A DNA stretch of 64,000 nucleotides, taken from Balanoglossus misakiensis. Taxonomy: Eukaryota; Animalia; Hemichordata. The notes beneath the pieces were generated by a model. The model ran no database searches and had not been told where the DNA came from. It saw only the letters and a list, made by a program, of their open reading frames with translations. This document shows, one piece after another, positions 54,599 to 64,000 of this stretch (the stretch's first letter is position 1; each line of letters opens with the position of its first letter). The stretch covers positions 6,561,705 through 6,625,704 of the forward strand of contig CM082587.2 in NCBI GenBank assembly GCA_040954595.2, given 5' to 3'. Position numbers and translations under genes: made by a program.

Positions 54599-56774
54599 AT
54601 GGCGGCGTCCATGAGAACTCGTGCTCAAAGCGAAGCGGTTGGAGAATCGTCGTGTTTTGGGGGAAATGAAGCAAGCTGGAACGCCACTGACAGCGAAAGT
54701 GAATCGGGGAGTGACAGTGTCGATAGTGAGAGTGATTCTGATTTGGACAATTTGGTCGACATTGCTGCGAACGATTTATTGCAAAACACGAGGAGCCGCG
54801 CCAGCTCCAGTGGCAGTGGCGCTGCAAACGAAGTCGGAAGTAACGATGAGGCAGACAGCGATGAGGATGAAGTGAGTTTGCCGTTCGTGATTGACAACAG
54901 ACCGTCGGATCCCGGTGATGACCCCGTTGTGGAGTCCATCAAAGACATTGAAAGTACGACGGTTCCTGTTCATAGCAGTAGTACCCGACAAACACGGCAT
55001 GACGAAAGGTAAAATCCGAAGTTGATCTGTATTTAAATCAAAGAATATTGTGAATCGTACTGCAAGGTGATATTCAAGTTATTCATATAGCTAACACTGG
55101 GAAGCTCTTTACTTTTGACATCAACTAACTGCCGGATATTTGTCATTGTAGCATTGGTCTTTCGTCATCATTAGACCATGGCATGGATGTGAGTGATATT
55201 TACATCAGCTTTGATGAAGATAAACCTAAAAACACCATGGAAACAATGCAGAAGATATTGCTAAACAGCAAAAAAGATGAAGTAAGTCCTTCTTTACATA
55301 GTGGATTTTCTTTAAGTTTTTCACAGTAAAATCTACCAGAAACTAATTAATTTTAGTACCGTGAATAATTTTTTTACACAAATACACAAATTGAGTTATC
55401 ACTCCTTATTCCTAAAAAAATGATGCTGATAACACTAACAGTGCTCCATATCTTATTGCATCCAGTGCTGTTCAAATTGGCAAGTGTGGACTAACGTGCC
55501 CCACAAAGAATGCTTTTGATCCACCTTATCCAAGAATATACTATCCACCATAAGAGTTAAGACCCTGTCACTAAATTTGTCCACTTAGTGCCTGCATAAC
55601 TATTTTCACGCATTTATTTATTAACAGCTCTTGAAGAAGAGTGTGGTGACTGCTGGCTTTGAAAAGAAAGATAGCGTTCCACCGTACAAGGAGTCCTTGA
55701 AACAACTCAGGAAACAGAGACAAGTAAGGAATATCAAATTTTGTAGTTATATAAAATAATACAAAGTGTACTTAAGTGACCAATTATGGTTACACGTACA
55801 TACCACAAATTATGTTGAAGTGCAGTGAAACCTGTCACTACATACACCTTACTCTAATCAGCATACTAATCCGAGCTTTTATGGACCAGGATTTCAGGAC
55901 AAAGGTTACAATCTGAGAAGGATGTTACCAATGAAGGACAATTTTTTTCTGTTCCGAAAGGTGTTGTCAATAGACAAGTTTCACTGCATACATGTGTGGA
56001 AATAACAGATGTTTGTTTTGATGTAATTTTTCACACAATTCAGAAAGAGAGAGAATCACACAAGGGTAAAAACTGGTATAACATGAAGGCTCCCGAGATG
56101 ACGGAAGAGTTGAAGAATGACCTGAAAGTCATGCAGATGAGAGGAGCTTTGGACCCGAAAAGGTTCTACAAAAAGAACGACGTCAAGGGACTGCCAAAGT
56201 TTGTGCAGGTGAGTTGGCTACCTATGGCCTGAATGCATTATCAAGTTATCTGCTGCAAATCTAGCTTATGCCTTTGTCTTGTAATGTTGAATATCAGCAT
56301 AATGTCGTAGCAATGCACAAATATGAAACATTGTGTTTTTGTTTCATTTTCCGAATAGGTTGGTACGGTTATCGAACATGCTGCAGACTTCTATCACTCC
56401 AGAATTCCAAAGAAAGAGAGAAAGAAGACAATAGTGGACGAGCTATTGGCTGATGCAGAATTTAGAAGGTTTGTTTATTGGATTTCAAAAAACAACAACA
56501 TCAAAGTTGGAACGCCTGGTGTTGATCATATCTGAATATCTATACGGATAATACCTGCCATTTTTTAACCTTATATGAAGCCGTGTTAATGTATGACCCA
56601 ACATGATTGAAATTATAGCTGTATAAACCGTCTTGAATGTGTAAATCTTTGTAAATGTAATCCTTTTTCTTTGACAGATACAACAAAAGGAAATATGTTG
56701 AGATTCAGGAAGCTGGCAAATTTAAAAGTGGGGCAAGAAAGCACATGAAAAGAATGAAAAGGAAAAAGAAATGA
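54599..56774 (+). CDS. DNTTIP2: DNTTIP2/Fcf2 pre-rRNA processing factor (~335 aa; exons 54599-55008, 55152-55281, 55628-55723, 56044-56208, 56359-56468, 56678-56774)
   Basis: Six phase-compatible GT-AG exons totalling 1008 nt. Fcf2 domain WYNMKAPEMTEELKNDLKVMQMRGALDPKRFYKKND...VGTVIEHAADFYHSRIPKKERKKTIVDELLADAEFRRYNKRKY, with an acidic N-terminus. Confidence 0.95.
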
Positions 56775-57119
56775 AGACTGTAATCAGAAAATGTTATTTA
56801 TCCATTTACAAGTTTATCAAATAAAGTGAATGAATGCAAAGTTTTAACTCAGTGTGTGTATTTTGTGCGATTATTTTGGTGTATGTATATGATTGTGTGT
56901 GTGAATGTTGTAAGACCGTCTGAGATGTTTCATATTGACCCAAGTATAATGATTGAAATAATCTGTGAACTCTGTCTATGTAGCAAGATTACTGCAAGTG
57001 TTCGTGGGTAACCCATTTTGTATTTGGATGTATTTACACTCCCCAAATGTCGGTTGCAAATGTACTTGCCAGATTTCTTTCTGGGCTGACTAAAAGAGCG
57101 CCACCAACGACGAAATGTT

Positions 57120-57269
57120 GTAGGCCGCCATTTTTGTTTTGTTGAGAAGTAAGCACGTCTTGATACACTGAGCTGAGGCTACTTGTGTCTCACGTCGACT
57201 CGAGAGTGATAATTTTGAAGATCGGTTGAATATCGCGTAGCTTAAGCGGCAAAGGCAAGTTTGTAATAG
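57120..57269 (+). promoter_or_regulatory. Probable UBL5 promoter and non-coding first exon
   Basis: YY1-type GCCGCCATTTT at 57124; donor TAG|GTATGT at 57269/57270; acceptor cacAG at 57956, 30 nt before the ATG. Confidence 0.5.
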
Positions 57270-57389
57270 GTATGTAGACTTAGCAGAATCTAATTTCGTG
57301 TAATAACGAATGTTCGCAGTATCATACGCCATACGACGACCCAGTGACGCGTCGTATCAGAGATGTACACATGTTAGCTCTGCGTACCC

Positions 57390-57479
57390 TAGTCTAGTGA
57401 TCTAGCCGTATTTTGTCCGCTTTGCTTCCAAAACTTTAGTTAGTTTTGGAAGCAAAGCATAGTCTAGATTACTAGACTA
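57390..57479. mobile_element. Tiny hairpin MITE-like insertion
   Basis: TIR tagtctagtgatctag / ctagattactagacta; internal 17-bp inverted repeat gctttgcttccaaaact / agttttggaagcaaagc; flanks tgcgtaccc and tgtgttccc resemble a degenerate 9-bp TSD. Confidence 0.55.
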
Positions 57480-57985
57480 TGTGTTCCCGGCCGTTACACG
57501 GCTCCTTACCCATTACAAGGACCTTACAGCCTAGCTCATAGCTGTCTGCAGTACCCTAGTTCGAGGTTTCGCCTGAGATTGGCATTGAACCTCCCTCCCC
57601 TTGAAGGCTTCACACACACACTTTATACCTGGCGAAACCTCAAGCTTCAGTATTGTCATGGCTTTGTAATCAACAAAACACGCCTGACTTCAAGTTCAGT
57701 TTGACAATTCAATACAAGAAGGCACATATCCCTTTCGCGACCATATATGCAAAGGACAAGGTTTGCAAATGTTACAAGTTCCTTGAAGTTGGTGCTATCC
57801 GAATATGAATAGGATAATGAATGTGTCAGTTTCGAGCCAAGGCTCACAAAGGACACCATCAGATCAACAAATATTAGAACTGCCAGAGCGCATGAACAAT
57901 ATGACGTGTCACACGATCTCACACTTTCCCTTTATATTCTTGACTCACTATCACAGAGGACTGCAGTGGGGCTGCAATCATCAAG

Positions 57986-58747
57986 ATGATTGAGGTGACG
58001 TGTAACGACCGTCTGGGAAAGAAAGTGAGGGTCAAGTGCAAGTATCCTTGGCAACAAACCAATAACACCTTGGAAGGAAATAGAAGGTCAATTGCTTGTT
58101 TGTATGATGTGCCATTTTTGTCGTTGTGTTTACACAGGTGTGTGGGAATGTAACGCTCAATTGCCAAAAGCCCAACACAATCATCAACATGGGTACGTGC
58201 ATGATGTGGCGTTTCATGATTAGTGAAATGAATATGAGTTTGTAGTTGACAACATGGAATATACTGTAACATTAATGTGTGTGATTGTGAAGGGCTGTGA
58301 AACATGAAATTAGATTAGAGTGCCACGCTTGCTTTGTAGAATATCTGAAACTTCCTGCTTAGGTTGGTACCTGTTGAAGTTCTATTTCTAAAATTGTGGG
58401 CTCGTAGTTTTTCTTAACTGTGTGTCTATCAGTGAAGATGATACCATCGGTGATCTGAAGAAACTAGTGGCAGCGCAGACCGGAACAAGACCCGAGAAAG
58501 TCGTCATCAAGAAATGGTACACCATCTACAAGGACCACATCACGTTAGCAGATTGTATCCTTTGACATTGTAGAGAGCCCTCTGTGGCTGAGACCGTAGT
58601 ACTTTTGTTTTCAGATCGTTCTTGGGATGGTCCTCTCTCTCTCTGATGGTATTGGCAGTACAGTAGCGCATGTTGTTTATATTTCTTGACTCTTTTCTCG
58701 CAGATGAGATCAAAGACGGCATGAATTTGGAACTTTACTACAAGTGA
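57986..58747 (+). CDS. UBL5: Ubiquitin-like protein 5 (Hub1), 73 aa; exons 57986-58041, 58433-58554, 58704-58747
   Basis: Spliced product [73 protein letters not shown], with the characteristic C-terminal YY motif. Confidence 0.97.
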
Positions 58748-59764
58748 CTTACGGCAAGGGATCAGTTTGGGAAAACACCATATCATAGACCCATCCCCTT
58801 TTTCCCAGTGTTCATTGCAGGATGGATGATGTTGCATGTCAAGAGTTGACCTATGACCTCAAGACAGCATAGCAACCAAACCAGGATGGGGTGGAATTGA
58901 TAATGACTCAAGTTTTGAACAGATCTGTTTATTTTCTCAGTTTTTTTTTCCTTTTCCTTTGAACTTATTGATCATTTTCGTGTTTTAATTTTCAATCATG
59001 TAATGTAAAGTAAATGTTGTGTTTGTACTGGGCATTTGCATCTCGCCTGATGCCATCAAACATTCGCCACTTCATGAAATGTGAAATCTCTCAAATTCTG
59101 AGTGAGATATTCAGAATCATTGCCATCTCTATACATTTGATCATTTATAGAATAAAAATAAGAACATTATTTTGCTCCATGCAAGTGAGCATGATTATTA
59201 TAACTGAAACAGTAAGATGTGGTCTTCAACTAGGAGGAGTTGAAACTTCAATGGAAAATTAGGAAGGAAGGATGTCTGCCTACGAAGACACATTGTAATA
59301 TTGACTGGTGAAATTACAACAGAAGTGGTCGTACTGGTGTGCCATGTTTATATAATGAAGATGTTTGTATACCACCAGCATCGTGTTCTGATTATCTACA
59401 GCCAGCTACTCTTGTTTTCTGGTGATCCTGTGTCTTTTATGGCAGATTTTTGTGTTCGCGATTTTGTATGCCAGTTGACAACCGGATATATACCATACCA
59501 CACGGCTGTTGTAACTTAGACCAACATCTATGCAGCGTACTGCTGGTATTCTCTATACAGATCTGCAGACAAAACCAGAAATTCTAGTGCCTTGTGAGCC
59601 CGATCACGATCTAAAGTCTGCCTTTTGTTGTCTTTTGTCACGTTTTAAATCTCAAATAATGGTCGATAAACTGAGATAATTTCCGCCCTCCTACACTTAA
59701 TGGTACGTCACAATGTGAAACCCTGGTGCTATGGTAACGCTAACTATTTGGTGGGAAATACAGC

Positions 59765-59945
59765 TATAAATAGCTTTAGTGGTCCTGGCCAGTCAGTAGT
59801 GGGTTGACCCCTGACCCCGTTGACAGGACGTGCTTTTGACTGAACACCAGACGGACTTTGTTATGCAAAGACTAGCGTCCCAGAGTTTGAGTATACAACA
59901 CAAGAGGGTAGCGTTGGAGATTGACGTGGAAAGACTACGAAAAAG
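59765..59945 (+). promoter_or_regulatory. TATA+Inr core promoter and probable non-coding first exon of a downstream gene
   Basis: TATAAAT at 59765; TCAGT initiator with its A at 59795 (30 nt downstream); possible donor AAG|GTAGTC at 59945/59946. Confidence 0.5.
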
Positions 59946-62179
59946 GTAGTCCGTGGTCGAGGAGTCTAGAATGTAGTGGGTGTAAATTCAGATGTAAATT
60001 TCGTTAAATTATTTGGCTACCAGTGGTTATAAATTCCCAATATTGCCAACTTAATAGTTTACAGGAATTTTCTCAATTTTCGTGTTTTCTTGCAAGAGAT
60101 GCACAATAGAAACACGACTTTTTTCATGCGACTTTTCTTCTCTATAAAAACAACAAGGACCGTTTGAAAGAAAAATGAAGTAGAAACGTCCTATTTAGGA
60201 ACCTTTCACGAAAATGTCGAATTTGATGTACGCTATGAGTTGCCCCGTGTTTACTGTGATAGTCCAAGTTACACTAACGCTGTTTCCGGCTGTGAATTAT
60301 ATCCCGGACTATAGATAGTACAGTATGAATACTGGGTGTGGTCAATCACGTTTCACTATTAAAATGGGTCGATCGTATAGGCAAGAGAAAGAATTGATAC
60401 GGTCCATAGCTTCGTATGCGTGGAGTCGCAACAACAGGATTCATACGACACTCAAGACGCAAAATATCTACGTCACCGGTATTCACAAACACCGACAATT
60501 TAATTAAAAGTACAGTTTAGGAATTTAGCCGACATTTATACTACATCGATTAAACAACTTTAAATCATTGTTTTCGTGTTCGATCGATAATTCCTGCATG
60601 CTATACACCACGATCAAACTCACACGGTGGCTCAAAATAAATAGACCGTATCCAAGCTTTTGTGCCTGAAGTGTTTCATGGGGTCGGCGACATCCATAAT
60701 ATACGCTGCGACCCATTGGACAGTTGTTGTTCGCGTTGCAATCGATCTGATCATGGAGTTGCCCCGTGATCTGATTAAAACACCCTTGAAAGTCTTGACA
60801 GAGCGGGTCAAACACAAAAAGGGGACGGCCGTGATGCGCATATTTTACTTGGGTGAACTTCATTTGTAGTTAATACCAGTGGAGGAATGTGTAATCGAGG
60901 ATGTGGGAAATGAATAAACGACAGCGTTTTTTCCGGCATTAAAACAGGTTGCCGTGGATACCAAGTTTTGGGTGCTGATGTATGGGAGCAGGGATGGACG
61001 TAAGGAATTACTATAGATAGGTATTGTTGCAAGATACAGACTGTGTTTGGGCGTTACGCTTGGACGAAAAAGTTAAACATCAAAATGCCTGGTCCAGAAT
61101 AAATGCACCAAGCCTAAGCCTATTAATATACAGAACACGTTTTCAAAATTTACCGACTTTGTGCCACCGGTGCCGTTTCATGTGCGATCAAAGACTTCTT
61201 TCCTTTTCTGTATACATGTCTGCAGTAAACGTGAAAGTGAAAGGGTTTGCAAGCGATGAATTCATTAAACTATCTAACGAATCTGGTCAGTTTTCCTAAC
61301 ATCCCCAGAATCGACAGCCCGTGTCAATTGTCATGGTGGAACATTGAACCAACATCAAGGAACCAGATTTCGCGTAATATTTCTCCTTTCTTTTTACAAG
61401 AAGCAGTCAAAAAGCGGGATAGATAATTGGCTGTTAGTTATGGAACGTGTTTATTATGCGTGTTTATTATGCATGCCTCTGTCGCCAGCTGCACGAGGAA
61501 ATGTTCCGTGTTTTCAGAACGAGGAAGGGATGTCGTGCGGCGAAAAAAAAGCCGTTCATGTAAATACATGCATGTACCGCCACAATACAACTAAAGTACC
61601 GCCACGCCAACTGCGTATTCGTACTTAGTGTTGGTTTCCTGTGTTCGGCGAAATGTGTTTTAGTCATAACAGTTCGCGGTTGTAATATGGTCATTTGAGT
61701 GACCATTCAGTAGCCACTATGTAATCAGATTGCGGCCCGTAGGCCTAATCCCAGAGAAAAACCACAGTTGGTTTCCGAAACTTTTCAAGTGATGTTTTAC
61801 TGAAAAAAAATAATTCAGTCACTAGCCTGAGCATGCATACATGCATGCGCAACGCTAACAAACGCGTATATAGTATGGCATAAAATTAAAGTCCGGGTTA
61901 ATTAAATCATAGACTTCTACGGTCAAAAAATACACGTGGAGACAATCTCAATGTGACGTATTTATTTCGCAAAGAACAATAGCAAACGTCACCGATTAGC
62001 AAGGTCAAGTTGGCTAGGGAGTACATGACGTCATAAAGGTGTTGTTCGATGGGCCTGGCTAGGTGCGCTTGACATGTTGATTTCAGTGTATGGAGTTCGC
62101 ACGGTGACAGTGCAGTGCGGATCGCGGAGTGAAATTGTGTGAATTTTCCTCGTTATTCTCTCTGATTTGTCACGAAAGA

Positions 62180-62210
62180 ATGGGTTGTGCGTGCTCCGCA
62201 TGTGATGGAG
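62180..62210 (+). CDS. Probable first coding exon (MGCACSACDG) of a gene continuing beyond the window
   Basis: ATG at 62180, strong donor GAG|GTAAGT, MGxxxS N-myristoylation motif with Cys3/Cys5, and a perfect CRE TGACGTCA at 62026. Confidence 0.55.
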
Positions 62211-64000
62211 GTAAGTTACATCGAAATGTGTGGAAAAAATCGTGAGTTCACGAGTAACATGACCGCGATGAAGTGTTTGAGCTGTATGTGTGTGTGCTGC
62301 CTTGGTTCATGCGTTATTTCTAATCTGTGCCACCCGGGCCGATCGATATCCCATATACCGGTACTTGTAGTACGTCGATCGCTCTAATACTGTTTATACA
62401 TTTAGTGTACAATTTCTAGACAAGCATATTTTAGTGCCTCTGGTTTCGTTGTGGCTAGGTTTCGTCACGTCCCAGATGATACCACAGTAGTGAAATCATC
62501 GTCGTGCAGGTCAGCTGTACTTTCTAATCGTCATGACAACAAGTGTACTGTATTGTATATATCGTTTCTAGGTTGCAGTCTTGTCAATATTTTCATCAAC
62601 GAAACCCCGAAGTAGATGTAAAGTGGTACTACGTCCATGTATTGCTACTATAAATTTGTTTCTTGTGATCGTACCAGCCAGTAATCATATATACCCAGGG
62701 TAAATGAATGGGAGTTTTAGTGTTCACTTACAACCCCCGTGACAAAACCCAGCGAAAGATAATAAAAATGGCTTAGAGATAGGGAACAACTGGATTGATA
62801 GATATTGAGAATCTGTTTTAATGAAATAACGTAAATACATGTAACAACTTAAAGCAACAGGTGGGCTGGCCAGACAGTGAAGTGTCACCCCATTCCCGAT
62901 TCGCCTTTTCATTTGTCTGTCACAGGGTACCATACATAATGTAGTTTGGTAACAGTTATACATTTTACTGTACTCTGAGTTAGTACAAGGTGATGAAAAT
63001 TCCGGAAAATGATACTGTTTGATTTTTTTTTCTATCAAAAGAACAATGTACCGGTATATTATAGGCCCTGACTATTTGTATCTAATGTGTGTCACACTCC
63101 AAAGTGTTTACTTGTCAACTTGGAGTGTTGTATTGAAGCAGCAACAATAGACATTGTGTGGGGAAGGTTCTGTCAGACCTCTGAGCTTTGTCTCAATTGT
63201 TGTTTGTCTGTACAATTGTGCAACACTTCAATTGGCATTTTAAAATCGTCCTGGGAATCCAGAATTTACCTGGTGGTAATTGTGGTGAGAAGTACCAAGC
63301 GTAAACATCGGTTTCATTTTGTGAAGAGTGGGAGGTTGAAGTGTTTGCGCTGATACTGATAGTAGATCAGAGAATGTTACTCAGATAACGTGATTTAATT
63401 AAACACCAGGTAAAAATACTGATGGCATGTCGCAGTAGTCCCTTCTGTAAATAGGAAAACATGTCCACGACAATAGGAATTAACAAAATGTGATTGATTT
63501 CAATGTATATGCTACTATGTAATCTCGTTTGTATGGAAAGATTACTATATGTTTGCATCAAGTTTTACGATAAAAAAATTATTGCAAAGTATAATATATT
63601 AATTAACACTCAGCACTAAATTCTAGGTTTGGTTTGATAGACAATGTGAGTCATGATAATGATTGCCCCCCCCCCCTAATTTAATACTTAAGACATCCTG
63701 GATTCCTGTAAGACTGCTCACATTTCTTAGCATCCTCACACTTGTCCATCATCGAAGTCTCGTAAACGTTAACTGTGTTTGATTTAGCGATTCTCAGCAA
63801 ACCACCTGTTGAAAAGTTTCGCTTTGAATACCTGGAACAAAGCCAGAGTGAAATGAAAGTACGGCAGTATTATCAATTGTCAGAATAATTGACAACCACT
63901 GAGATTCCACGCTTTAAAACAAATATCCTGCCTGAGAATTTCTGATCTGCTTGACTTCTCTCAACGTGCCGTTCTACACTCAACAGTAACATGTCCACAA

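Noticed and set aside
54408-55000. Minus-strand ORFs overlapping DNTTIP2 exon 1
   Set aside because: Antisense shadows of a GC-rich coding exon; the same applies to shadows over the neuropeptide and galaxin-like exons.
60525-60869. ORFs open on both strands with protein-like composition
   Set aside because: No identifiable homology or exon boundaries; could be a decayed insertion, and a BLASTX search would be needed.

Overview
AT-rich, intron-containing animal genomic DNA. A marine invertebrate deuterostome (e.g. a hemichordate) is my impression only and is unconfirmed. Most ORFs in the supplied track are spurious; real genes had to be assembled across GT-AG introns. In order: the last two coding exons of POMT1 (+), whose final splice acceptor is exactly duplicated; a long non-coding region; a compact neuropeptide precursor (+, 32306-32683) encoding three related NA(H/N)LFT(S/Q)R(L/I)L peptides between dibasic sites, which I cannot assign to a known family; a probable multi-exon non-coding transcript containing a ~130-bp tandem array; three minus-strand genes for secreted proteins with Arg-rich N-termini (one orphan peptide precursor and two tandem galaxin-like dicysteine-repeat paralogues, one with a kB/IRF/CRE-like promoter); DNTTIP2/Fcf2 (+); UBL5 (+) with two U12-type introns; and the start of a further gene with an MGCACS acylation motif. 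Several MITE-like inverted repeats and microsatellites are also present. The best candidates for something new are the orphan three-peptide precursor and the Arg-rich secreted/galaxin-like cluster.
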